NCBI RefSeq assembly: GCF_018350175.1 | Contig: NC_058368.1 | Location: forward strand, 97,156,001-97,220,000 | DNA: 64,000 nucleotides | Direction: 5' to 3' | DNA from: Felis catus | Lineage: Eukaryota | In this document: positions 38,929-51,539 of the stretch, piece by piece | How positions within the stretch are numbered: position 1 is the first letter of the stretch | Layout: every line of letters starts with the position of its first letter | The notes under the pieces: model-generated | Seen by the model: the letters and a program-made list of their open reading frames with translations, nothing else | The model's database searches: none | What the model was told of the DNA's origin: nothing | Translations under genes and position numbers: made by a program

Positions 38929-39888
38929 AAGGGCTAGTATCCAAAATCTATAAAGAGCTCACCAAACTCCACACCCAAAAAACAAATAACCCAGTGAAGA
39001 AATGGGCAGAAAACATGAATAGACACTTCTCTAAAGAAGACATCCGGATGGCCAACAGGCACATGAAAAAATGCTCAACGTTGCTCCTCATCAGGGAAAT
39101 ACAAATCAAAACCACACTCAGATATCACCTCACACCAGTCAGAGTGGCCAAAATGAACAAATCAGGAGACTATAGATGCTGGAGAGGATGTGGAGAAACG
39201 GGAAGCCTCTTGCACTGTTGGTGGGAATGCAAATTGGTGCAGCCACTCTGGAAAATAGTGTGGAGGTTCCTCAAAAAATTAAAAATAGACCTACCCTATG
39301 ACCCAGCAATAGCACTGCTAGGAATTTACCCAAGGGATACAGGAGTACTGATGCATAGGGGCACTTGTACCCCAATGTTTATGGCAGCACTCTCAACAAT
39401 AGCCAAATTATGGAAAGAGCCTAAATGATAAATGATAAAGAGCCTTTTCCATCAACTGATGAATGGATAAAGAAATTGTGGTTTATATACACAATGGAAT
39501 ACTACGTGGCAATGAGAAAGAATGAAATATGGCCCTTTGTAGCAACGTGGATGGAACTGGAGAGTGTTATGCTAAGTGAAATAAGCCATACAGAGAAAGA
39601 CAGATACCATACGGTTTCACTCTTATGTGGATCCTGAGAAACGTAACAGAAACCAATGGGGGAGGGGAAGGAAAAAAAAAAAAAAAGAGGTTAGAGTGGG
39701 AGAGAGCCAAAGCATAAGAGACTCTTAAAAACTGAGAACAAACTGAGGGTTGATGGGGGGTGGGAGGGAGGGGAGGGTGGGTGATGGGTATCGAGGAGGG
39801 CACTTTTTGGGATGAGCATTGGGTGTTGTATGGAAACCAATTTGACAATAAATTCATATATTGAAAAAAATAGCAATAAAATAAAAAA
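38929..39888 (+). mobile_element. Young L1_Fc-type, 5'-truncated
   Basis: ORF2 C-terminus with CCHC motif [19 protein letters not shown]-rich 3' UTR; A-tail; TSD taaaattYagtcca at 38915-38928 and 39889-39902. Confidence 0.96.
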
Positions 39889-40414
39889 TAAAATTCAGTC
39901 CATCGTTCATCAAGTGCACGGTTAGCATGATCCTTGGTTTCGAGCCCTTCCCAAGAGGCGGAATACATGGTGGGCATCCGGGTGGGTTGCACGGTAAAGA
40001 CCCAGAGTCCCACTCATTTTTCTCAGACCCCAGGAGACAGGATTCATAAACTCAAAGATCAGGGGCATTAAAGAAGCAACCTACAGACTCAGGGTATAGG
40101 ATGTGATCTTTTAAGTCACTATTCAGTTTCACAACCAGAAATCCCATGAAGAGAGAATAAACCATGGAAAACAAACAATTTTACAGTGATTGAGATGATA
40201 CAAGTTCTTGGATAAGAAAACATTCAGCTTTTCCAACAAACAAGCTGCAGTCAGATCAAGCATTGAGACAAAAAATACGAAAAAAGATATGGCAGCACAC
40301 CCAAAGAATATGTTGGGTCTTTAAAAACTAAGCGTTTCAGGGAGTGGAGAAAGGTGGGCTCAAATAATTACCTACCCCCACCAGGTCATTAAAGCAGCAG
40401 TAGCTGCAAGGATG

Positions 40415-40525
40415 GGAGCTCCTTGAGAGCAGGCCCTGTGGGTCTTTCGTTTTTACATACCAAGGAGCACCTAAAAACCGCTTTTCATATTGAAATTGCA
40501 AAATGAATGTCTGTTGAATGGAACA
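40415..40525 (+). mobile_element. L2 3' end fragment
   Basis: gagctccttgagagcagg...tgtctgttgaatg. Confidence 0.5.
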
Positions 40526-41017
40526 ATATTGGTAAATTTGGTACTGTTCCTATTCAAACTGGGAAGAAGTAAAACAGAGCAAACTAATTTTCTATCCCTC
40601 ACTACACGTCGCAAAACTTGTAAAGCACTACATGAAAGGCCAGGAAACATTAGGTTTTTGAAAGAACAATCTAGACTAGTGAACATTTACTATTCTGGAA
40701 CTGTTAGTTCCATGATGGCAGACTTTTACTAGGCTTGTGGTAGCCATTTTGACTTAGAGCAAGCCGGCCAGCAGAAGTTCTTGCAAAGAACAAGCTTCAC
40801 ATAAGAAACAGTAGGTGTCCTGAGGGGTTAAATCAACCTTGTATAAAATAAATTCAAATTTTACATGATATTACTATGTCTTCCCCTTGGTGAGAATTTC
40901 TTAGCTGGCTCAAAGCTTGTATCTATACTTTTTTTTTTAAATCTGAATAAGCTATGATAGTAGTTTTATACCCTGGACATGCAGTCTTGTCGTTTACCAG
41001 CATGGGAGATCCCTATT

Positions 41018-41566
41018 TGTGGCACTCACTATTAGTTCTCTAGTAGGGGTTTGTCCCATCCTCCTTGATAAGATAACCCCAATGTTTTTCAAGCAACCAC
41101 GTGCCCAAGTCTCATGGAATGAGCAACGATCCACCTGAAATCCATCAGGGAAATCCCATTGCTCTCAGCCAGTGGCTGGTCTACAGGTGGGCATATGCCT
41201 CCTTCTGACCTAACAGACATAAAGGGAGTATTTTATTCATGATACACAGAAAAATGCAAGGACAAAGATCTCTCATCTTCTGTCTTCCATTACTGTTTTT
41301 GTGTGGCGATATGGTACCTAGCACTGTGGCAGCCACATTGCAACTATGAAGTAACAAGCCTGTGAAGGAATGCAAATACACAGAGGCTGGCAATGTGGAC
41401 ACATGAAATGGACCTGGGTCCTTGATGATATCACTGAGTCACTGGGCCTATTTCCAGATGGTCTATCTCCATACTTTTTAGTAAGCGAGTAATAAAAGCC
41501 CTCATCATTAACAGCCATGAAAATAGGGCTGCCTGCTAAATGCCCACTCAAAGCATCCTAACCGAC
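41018..41566 (+). mobile_element. Old MLT1 (J/K/L-like) MaLR LTR
   Basis: ctgtggcagccacattgcaactatga, cctgggtccttgatgatatcactgag, aaagcatcctaaccga. Confidence 0.75.
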
Positions 41567-42149
41567 TTGCTATCTTAAATAATTCTTAGATGCTTAGGCA
41601 AGGATATTTTTTTTTAATTTAGCCTGTTCTGCTTTTCCTCCATTGTCTCTAATCCAACCATCCTTTCTTCTTTTCAGGAAATTCCCTATTAGCCTAGATC
41701 ACACGACCCATCATTCAACCACATACTTACTAATATTCTCAACTCCCTTGCACACATGTCCTTCTGCTGCACATGTCCAAGAAAACCCCATCCTGGATCA
41801 ACCAATCATCCACATTTCCCATCCATATCTGGGCTCATGAATATTACCAGAGAAAGTAATCCGGAATCAGCAGATTAGTGTCACCATCCTCGGTCATGTT
41901 CTTAAGAATAACCTACAATGCCTCTCTGCATATCTCATTACTCCCTCACCAACAACTATTTTAGGCCTTCACCCTCCCTGTACATGGACACCTTGCCTTC
42001 TGCCTAACAGGACTCCCTCGACTTCTCAGCACCACTCACAGAGCCACATGCATTCAATCTCATCATTTTCTTTATTTCTTGAAGTCATTAGGTTGCTCAT
42101 CAAGCACCCCAACTATCCACCTTTCTGGCACTTGTTAAGATCACAGTAT

Positions 42150-42442
42150 CTCACCCCTTTGTACTGGGAGATGGTTTAACTAGTTCTTACCAGGGATGGT
42201 GAGGGGGAATGACACATGTTGCTTTGGGGCCAGAGCATTTAACCGACAATGGGAAACCCTCCAGACCTTGCTTCTCCTCCGGCACAGACAGAAACTAGAA
42301 GTATTTGGCACCATCAGGGTAACTATGATGAGACATTAAAGTAGAACATGCAGCAGGAATAAGAATTAAGCCTTTTTAAAGAACCACTAAGATTTGGGGT
42401 TTTTTGTTATTGCAGCATAATCTAGCCTATGTCACTGATACA
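42150..42442 (+). mobile_element. MLT1 (I-like) LTR 3' part
   Basis: ccactaagatttggggttttttgttattgcagcataatctagcctat...ctgataca. Confidence 0.7.
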
Positions 42443-42879
42443 TTTTTCCTCCCATATCACAAAATACGTGGTCTCTCCTGCCATCTTACATATATCCTTC
42501 CACTACATCCATCATCCTCTTTCTATACGTATCTTCAACCTTTCCTTCATTCCATTCAGGAAAAAAAAAAAAGGTAAAATTACTTTTATACGTTAAATCT
42601 TTTAAAAATGTCCTTTATCAGGTCTATATACTTCCTTTGGCTTCCATCTTTTATTTCTTTTGCTTATATACGGCAAAAATATATAGTCAACACTGTGCTC
42701 GCTTGTAACCTCCTGTTCACTCCTCATTCCAATACAATCTGATTGCCACCTGGCACCATTCTATGGAAAGCATTCTTTCCAAAATTAGAGGTACAATTCA
42801 GTAGCTAAATCAAATGGATCTTGTACTGGACATGCTGATAAATTTACCTGCTGAACGAGCCTCTCCTTTGGACTTAAAG

Positions 42880-43432
42880 TAGCCAGCCCACACCCCTTCA
42901 GGATGTATCTGCTGTGCCATGGCCCACAGGCTTTGTCAAGTAGACCTACATGTTCTCTCTACCACCAGACTCCCCCAGGCAACTCCCCAGCCCAGACACC
43001 AGGGATTAACCAAGAGAAGGCATGTGATCTAAAGACAGCCAACCTGTAAGATAGGCCAGAAATTTATGATATGTGTGTACAGGCTCAAAAAGAAGAGCTT
43101 GGCTAGGTTCTCTCTCCCATGAATATGAACTAAGATCAAAGGACATGTGGCAGTTGGTGAGGAGGCCACTGTGGCCATATTCAAGAAACCACAGAGAAAG
43201 GAGTTGGCTGGGAACAGATAACTAAGCAGCTGCTTAGAGATGGCCCCTGGGAAAGGGGTGGAGAGAACAGCTTTGGTTCCTGGTGGCTTTCCAAATCCCA
43301 GCAGCTAGTCCTTTTGTTGTCCAGTTGTGTTTGGGGTTTGCTCTTGAATTTACCTTAAACCCCATAAAGTATCCTTAAAGCAAACCCCAATTACTGTAGC
43401 ATGGGTGGATTTCTTTCTAGCAAAAGATCCTT
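42880..43432 (+). mobile_element. ERVL LTR relic (LTR16/LTR67-like)
   Basis: gcatgtgatctaaag, ttctctctcccatgaatatgaact, ttcctggtggctttcca; resemblance only. Confidence 0.4.
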
Positions 43433-43573
43433 TTAAAACCTTATTTTAGACTGCCTCCTTATAAGATTTGCAGTCCTGACCACTCTCTCTTTTTTGAAAG
43501 TTTCTCCCTCCTTGCTCCCCTGCTTCATGTTTCTTCTCAGTCTAAGGTCTCCTCTTCCTCTACCATGTCTTTA

Positions 43574-44500
43574 TTTATTTTTCTTTTTTTAATAGGAAAT
43601 TTATTGTCACATTGGTTTCCATACAGCACCCAGTGCTCATCCAACAGGTGCCCTCCTCAATGCCCATCGCCCACTTTCCCCTCCTACCCACCCCCATCAA
43701 CCCCCAGTTTATTCTCAATCTTTAAGAGTCTCTTATGGTTTGGCTCCCTCCCTCTCTAACCTTTTTTTTTTCTTCCCCTCCTCCATGGTCTTCTGTTAAG
43801 GTTCTCAGGATCCACATTAAGAGCGAAAACACATGGTATCTGTCTTTCTCTGTATGACTTATTTTACTTAGCATAACACTCTCCAGTTCCACCCACATTG
43901 CTACAAAAGGCCATATTTCATTCTTTCTCATTGCCACGTAGTATTCCATTGTGTATATAAACCACAATTTCTTTATCTATTCATCAGTTGATGGACATTT
44001 AGGCTCTTTCCATAATTTGGCTATTGTTGAAAGTGCTGCCATAAACATTGGGGTACAAGTGCCCCTATGCATCAGTACTCCTGTATCCCTTGGGTAAATT
44101 CCTAGCAGTGCTATTGCTGGGTCATAGGGTAGATCTATTTTTAATATTTTGAGGAACCTCCACACTGTTTTCCAGAGTGGCTGCACCAATTTGCATTCCC
44201 ACCAACAGTGCAAGAGCCTGAATGTGAGACAGGAAACCATCAAAACCCTAGAGGAGAAAGCAGGAAAAAACCTCTCTGACCTCAGCCGCAGCAATTCCTT
44301 ACTTGACACATCTCCAAAGGCAAGGGAATTAAAAGCAAAAAATGAACTATTGGGACCTCATGAAGATAAAAACCTTCTGCACTGCAAAGGAAACAAACAA
44401 CAAAACTAAAAGGCAACTGATGGAATGGGAAAAGATATCTGCAAATGACATATCGGACAAAGGGCTACTATCCAAAACCTATAAAGAACTCACCAAACTC
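43574..44500 (-). mobile_element. Young L1_Fc-type, 5'-inverted: sense 43574-44216 (-), inverted 44217-44500 (+)
   Basis: Chimeric ORFs 43977-44309 and 44149-44409 switch strand at cagtgcaagag|cctgaatgtg; TSD ctctaccaYgtcttta at 43558-43573 and 44498-44513. Confidence 0.96.
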
Positions 44501-44861
44501 TACCACGTCTTTAAAATGCCTGGGAATGCCTGGGGTTCCCTGCTGCCTTCCCCCACCACCCTCCCTAGGAGCCCCTACCCATTTCCATATCTTCACACTC
44601 CACCCAAGCTGGGAACTCTCAGGACTTTTTTATTTCTGTCCAACTAATAAGACTTTTTAGAAAATCACATCTGCATTTATTAAAATAATCACTCAGTGGT
44701 TAGTCATAAGACCTTACATTTTTCATTTCAAAGGGTAATTTGTAACATTATAGTGAATGTTCATGATCATGTTGTCAACACTGTAGCACATAAATGTGTA
44801 ATGACAACTCTTCAACAGCCATCTGATAAAGATACTTTAGTAGAAAAATTTAGAGCAAACA

Positions 44862-44935
44862 CAAAATAAATAAAATAAATAAAATAAATAAAATAAAATA
44901 AATAAAATAAAATAAAATAAAATAAATAAAACAAA
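44862..44935. repeat. (TAAAA)n repeat
   Basis: Direct reading. Confidence 0.95.
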
Positions 44936-46134
44936 ACTTGGATGAATCTTCTGTTTAAATGTGTTCAAATGGTTTTCACTATATGCACAAAACTTGTAAT
45001 TTCAATTTTTACAAAGAAAAAGATTGTAAATCAAGGAAATTATTAGGAATGAAATCAGCAATGATTTAGGGCAAAATATTAGTCCATACATGTAAGATCA
45101 ATATGATAATAAGGGTGTCAAAAATGGACTGTTATCATAAAATTTTAAAGAAATTTAAGGCCATTACATCCTACCAAGTCTTTTCATACATAAAGAAATG
45201 GAGAATCAGAGAACCCATGATTTGCCCAAAAGGACAACGCTACCTCACGGCAGAGCTGACAGTCATTAAGACCACCTGATTCCTTACCTAGCACCCTTGC
45301 CAGTACAACATGATTTATGAGCTGCTCTCAAGCTTATTAAGAGCAAAATGGCAAGAAAATCCTTCAGTATTGAAAAAGTCCTAGTCAGGAGAGCATATAC
45401 CCTCTCAATAGAATTGCCCTCTCTTACGACACTTTCTTTAGAGTCTTGCATATGGGAGGCGGGAAGCAGATGTTCTGAGAGCAGGGTGGGTGAGAAAGGC
45501 AAGCTAACACCTTCTCTTTGATGCGCTTGGAAGGACTCAAACAGCTCTCTCTAGAGTGGTTAAGACAGCTGCTGAGATGTAGCAAAGCTTTGATCCAAGA
45601 GCTTCAGTTCCCAGAGTCATGAAATCACCCCAGGAAGGGAAATCGGGTGAGTTTAAATCAAATGTGGTAATCCAAGTCTGGGTGTGAAATATATTAAAAT
45701 TAGAAAAAGTGATGACAGATAAAAGGTTAGTGAAAAACGTGCCAAATTATTTCATTAGAAAATTGCTCTAAAGCACCATATTTAAACATAGTGAGGCTAT
45801 TTTCTTCAATGTTCCCAACGTTCAACTGGTCTTTTAAAGGTAGATATGTGAACATGTATGTGTGTATATATAAGAGTGCATATATATATCTGTATATATT
45901 TATGTGTGTGTATTTACATTTATGTTTTCACTGATCGAGAAAGAGAGAGAGAAGGAAAACTACTTCTGGAGCCTGAACAGACAACCTCATCTGAATTGGG
46001 AAAAATTTAAATCCTGTGGCTCAAACACCAAGCATCTGCTGCTTAGTGATAGCATTTCCAAACTGTAAGTTTAGCTGTTTAAAGAGTAAAATGAATCTTT
46101 TTAAAAGCACATGAAATGTTTTAAAGTTATGAAA

Positions 46135-46920
46135 CACTATATAGTTATATATATATACAGTTATAATTATATAGTTATATATTTATATACATATAACATA
46201 TAAAACATGTATACATACATATAATTTATATACATAATATATAACTATATATATTTCTTATCACTTTGTTTCTTATATGTACGGCTATAATTGTATATAA
46301 CTGTATATACTATACATATATACTATAGTACATAACGGTACTGTAACTATATATATATTCACATACCATATAGCTTATAGTTATATACTATATATAACTA
46401 TATATATTCACTATATACTATATAACTATATATACATAACTGTATATTATAGAATTATATAGTACATAAAACTGTAACTATATTTATTCACACACTATAT
46501 ATAGAATTATATACTATATAAAACTATACTCATACTATATATTATAGAATTATATGCTATGTAAAACTATAACTATATATATTCACATACCACATAGCAT
46601 ATGGTTATAGACTATATATAACTATAACTATATATATTCACATACTATAAGTACAGAATTATATACACATATAACTATACACATTCAGACTATATAATAT
46701 AGAATTATATACTATATATAGCTATGACTATATATATTCACATACTATAAGTATAGAATTATATACCATATATAACTATATATTCAGGCACTATAAGTAT
46801 AGAATTATATACCATATATAACTATATATATATTCACATACTATATAATATAGAATAATATACAACATATAACTGTAACTATATATAGCATATATGTATA
46901 CTATATATAACTATAACACA
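46135..46920. repeat. AT-rich minisatellite, ~50-bp degenerate unit
   Basis: agaat(t)at anchor at 46451, 46503, 46546, 46655, 46701, 46755, 46801, 46852. Confidence 0.9.
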
Positions 46921-47210
46921 CACACACAAACACACAAAATGGCAAGAAAACAACATCTGTGGGTTCTAAGTGAAGTTTTCATGTATTATGCCAAGAGAAA
47001 ACATATTCTGATTTCTCAGTGGAGGACAAAATGGCAGAAAGTAAGTGAGACAGTGAACTGCAGATCTGAATCAATACCTACTCTGAATCCCCAAATCCAG
47101 AAACATTTAGACTGCCTGCTCTGTGCAGACAGCATATGTCAGATCATTTATAACCTGAGACACCCACATCCAGGATAAAGTCAAACTCTCTCTTTAAAAA
47201 CTGTGCCACA

Positions 47211-47426
47211 GGGGAGCCTGGGTGGTGCAGTCGGTTAAGAGTCCGACTTCAGCCAGGTCATGATCTCACGGTCCGTGAGTTCGAGCCCCGCATCAGGCTC
47301 TGGGCTGATGGCTCAGAGCCTGGAGCCTGTTTCCGATTCTGTGTCTCCCTCTCTCTCTGCCCCTCCCCCGTTCATGCTCTGTCTCTCTCTGTCCCAAAAA
47401 TAAATAAACGTTGAAAAAAAAAATTT
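47211..47426 (+). mobile_element. Young SINEC_Fc
   Basis: Same subfamily as 4493 and 10890; TSD aaaaactgtgccaca at 47196-47210 and 47427-47441. Confidence 0.97.
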
Positions 47427-48507
47427 AAAAACTGTGCCACAGTCAAAGCAGAGCATATACTTTATTTTACCAGCTAATTTTTAACCCTTCAGGCATGGAT
47501 GAAAATGCTCTTTTATGGCAGTGGTCTGAGTCAGCCTATAAACCTCAGAATCCCTTAAATGTTCTTTGTCATCCTTCCAACTCAGCCCTCGGTTCCAAGT
47601 CAAAACTCCCCCTCGAGTCACCTCCTCTCAACTCCAAGGGGAGGACCCTCATTTCCAACCTTCCTTGAAACCACAAATCCCTTGAACCCTCTCCCTGGCC
47701 TGGTCCTGCTCAGTTCAGGGTGTATTAAATAATGCCTTCCCAGCTCTTGCCTTTACCAGCCCTTCTTTTCCATCCTCCATTTGTCCAAAATGGAGGGAAC
47801 TTGAGGGACCCTTAATCCTTGTCCTATTTCCTCACGCTGTCAGTGGTTCTATCTTTTCTTATAACATCTAGTTATCTACTCCTCAGCCCCTTCTCTCAGG
47901 GCCACCTGCTGAGACAAACACTCCAAATTCAGCAGATCCATCCCAACAGCAGCTGCCAAGCCCATCCTCACTCTGAACCGACCAGGACCGATAGAAAAGC
48001 CAATACACAGCATAATCACTCTTAGTTAACCAGATGAAAGTGTTCTCAATCTGCACACATTTCAGAAAGTTTGCTGTAACAGGGAAAATTTCAAAGGCCA
48101 ACAGAAATCAATCTCTCTCCTTGGAGACCGTCACTAACACCCCAAGTTCACCACTGTCCTTAGCCTCGGGAAAGCAAGAAATTCATTCATCTGTTGTATT
48201 TTTAATGTCTTTACCTCTTGTCAATGTGCTGCTCTGTTTATAAGCTGCAAAATGTTTGGGATCAGATGTCTGCTTCTCAAATCTGCTACTTTTGGCAGGA
48301 TTTTCAGTAATACCTAAGGGTACTGTTTTGGACAATTCCAGGAATTCTCCATGCAAGCTTACAAAGGGTCATTTTCTTAAAATGCTCTGGATTGTACTCT
48401 CTCATCTGGTACATTTTCACTAAGACAGACAGATTCGCCTCTCTCTGGGTTTAAAGCAGCCAGGAAACAAAAGTATGTTGTGTCTCTTCACTCTGAGACG
48501 CCTACTA

Positions 48508-48677
48508 AATCACCCTCTAGCATTCTCTATTTAGCAATGTATTGTGTTTACTGTCTGTCCACCAGATAGAAGGTGAGCTCCAAGAAGGGCAGGGATTTGT
48601 CTTTGCTGTCTGATGAATCCCAATGGCCTATAACAGTGCCTGGCACAAAGCATACGTTCAATTTACGTGTTGAATTT
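48508..48677 (+). mobile_element. L2 3' end
   Basis: gtgagctccaagaagggcaggga...cctataacagtgcctggcaca...tgttgaatt. Confidence 0.8.
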
Positions 48678-49369
48678 ATTAAGCAATTAATCTCCTACTG
48701 TACATATTTATCCTAAATGCTTTATACTTGGCAGGTTGAAATGAGATGTACATTTTTAATGGAGAAACATCTTGTGGGCTTTGAGAAAAGAGGAAAAGGA
48801 GATCATGAACATTCCATCCTACACTAATGGTGTGAATAATTCCATGAGGGGCAAGCAACGTAACATTTCTTTGGGTTCCAAAATGAATCAAAGCTGACTC
48901 AATGTCCCCAGAGAACAAACATTTTGAGAAATCCAAAAAAGTCACCTTCTTGGATTACCTCCCCTTCCATTCTTTTAAACAAGAAATCTAGAGCTACGGT
49001 GTCCAGAAAAAAAAAAAAAAAAAAGAATGCTAGTCTATTTTGGTCACTGACGCTCTCGACCTGTGGTACAAGAAATGGCACCACCATACTTCTCCTTCCA
49101 ACCTCAGGCGCAGAGATCTTCACTGAAGCTCTCAAGACTAAAACATCTAGTGTCTGGTCTACATGGGCATCCACATGGCCACCTCCATGAGAAATCCTGT
49201 ATCCACAAAGGTATTGCTTTTCAGTGAAATCAGAACCCTACTACTAACTGAAACTATAAACCCCAACTCACTTCCCAGTGCTCAAGTATCCAGCCAATAT
49301 CCCAGAATTCCTTCCATTTTCCCCTTGCGTCCTTTCCTTTCACATCACACAAATAAACAAAAAATTATT

Positions 49370-50140
49370 TGTATCTGTTTGGCCATAATAGTGTCTGATG
49401 GCTTGCGCTTATATATGGATAAACCCCAGGGCGTAGACATACAGAAATATCTGGGTTGTCTTTCTCTGGGAACAAATAAAAAATACAGGCGTTAGGACGG
49501 TCATAATGGGGACTGAGTGGGAAGAATTCAGCTAGCATTGCGTTCAGCAGACTGTGACATAAACCTCAAGATAACAATGGCCTTCAAAAGACTGATTTTT
49601 ATTTTATCCCCCTTAAAGGAAATTCTGTGATAGCCCCCTGATCTGGTACAGAGGCTTCTATATGAACATTCCACCAGCTGTCTCAATGCCATCCCATGAC
49701 CTAAGTCAACTGTTCGCGCATTGACCATACAGAAGTAGGTAAAGAGGGTGTGCCACGTGTCGTTGTTTTTTTTTAATTTTTATTAGTTTTTGAGAGAGAC
49801 AGATAGAGATAGGCAGAGGAGCATACAGAGAGGGAGACACAGAATCCAAAGCAGGCTTCAGGCTCCAGGCTCCGAGTTGTCAGCACAGAGCCCTACACGG
49901 GGCTTGAACTCACAAACTGTTAGATCATGACCTGAGCCGAAGTCGGTCACTTAACCGACTGAGCCACCCAGGCACCCTGCCACATGTCTTTTAAGATTCC
50001 CTCAGGCAGCCATAATCTGCCGTTACATCTCATTGGCCAGTACATAGTCACACTGTCAGGCTACTCATGATGGAAGCTAGAAAATGTAGTCTTTATCTCA
50101 CATGACTAGGTTGTATATTGAGGAAGGCAATTAACAGTGT
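49370..50140 (-). mobile_element. Old MLT1 LTR relic interrupted by a SINE
   Basis: ttacatctcattggccagtacatagtcaca...ggaagctagaaaatgtagtcttt; boundaries uncertain. Confidence 0.45.
49763..49977 (-). mobile_element. Can-SINE
   Basis: TSD tgccacRtgtc at 49751-49761 and 49978-49988. Confidence 0.94.
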
Positions 50141-51539
50141 ATTATGTCACAGAGAGTGAACACTCATTCTACTCTTTCATGATGGGTTGGCAGAAGTGAA
50201 AAACAAAGCTCAGAGTTTTCTCAGTAGGTCCTCAAGCTGGGTAATTTAAATATTGAAATACTGTACAGTGAAATATTGAAAAGTTGAAATATTAATAAAT
50301 AATTCTTTGACTTTGCCAACCTTCAGACCCACCTCGACGCTCAGTTGCCATCTGTCCCTCCCTTTGGATCAAGATTAGGAAAAGAGACAAAGTCATTTGT
50401 CAGCAGGATCTTCTTCTTGTAAGTTCTTTTGTCATCTGACTTGGTGTCCAACAGGTGAATAGATCTTCACAAATATATAAAAATTAAAGAATGGGATATA
50501 AGACAAGCTAAACCTTAAACCAATCCCGATCAATTCTATGCAGGGTGGGCATGAGGCACCAAAGTCACAGAGTATGTGACATTATCCTGTCTCCACCTCC
50601 ACTCCCACCAAATTATAAGCATAAAGAACTACCATTTTTTTTTGTCGCATATCCCCCAGAATCTTCAATACGGCCAACACTCAATGGATCTTTGCTGCAC
50701 TGAGTTGAAAATGGATAATAATGTAAACATACACAAGAACTTACATGAAAAGAAGAAGATGAAGAGTTTAAAACACTTTTAAATCGATGGTAGGAGAGAA
50801 AAGAATACTACATTTAAAGTCAGCACGCCCAGGTTCTACAACTGTCTTCATAGTTATTGCTTACTTGACCTGTTTCTCCCATGTGGACAATGCAGAACGT
50901 ACCTTTGCCCCTGCACTCCTCCTCTGGGTTACAGTGTCAAATTAATATTTATTTCAAAATCCTGAACAAAATATTACTTGTATGTATTCTTCCTCCTACA
51001 CCTACACAGCAAGTACACCAGAACAAGGACTCTTTGCAACTCAAGGGATAATGAAAACAAAAGGTGGGGACGGAAGCGTGTACTGTGATGAAGAGCCTGA
51101 CTCTAAGGCATTGGAGGACCTGCCAGTAAATCTCCCTGCAGCCATATAGACAACAGCCAGAGGCAGCAACCATGAATCACTCAGGTAAAGGCCTTCCATG
51201 GCAGCATCTAGGCTCCCTCTGCATTGGCTCAGGGCCTCTGACCTGGTTGTTTTTCGGCAAGTGTCACGATCATAATAAAGACAATAGGCAGAGATGTTCT
51301 CAGACAGCCTTGGAAGGCCCGTGAGTCATCCGGACAAACACTCTGACTTGAAAGGATGTTCTACCCACTGTTTAAACAATGGGCACACACATCCTACTTG
51401 AATAATCCATCAAATATGTTTCTGGAATGTCAGAATGTGGTTGGAATTAAAATTAAAATCCTACCACCAAGCCAGGCAAAAAGCTAGCCGATACTCTATG
51501 AGAATATTAAACTGCAATGCTGAGCTTTGAGAATCTATA

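Noticed and set aside
39755..39781. G-quadruplex-like G-run cluster
   Set aside because: Standard G-rich tract of the L1 3' UTR, also present in the other copies; not locus-specific
46135..46920. CRISPR-like periodicity
   Set aside because: Mammalian DNA, degenerate units, non-unique spacers and no cas genes; it is a minisatellite
50333..50470. Minus-strand ATGGCAACTGAGCGTCGAG|GTGGGT resembling a start exon
   Set aside because: No recognisable peptide, no promoter or CpG island, and no matching downstream exon found
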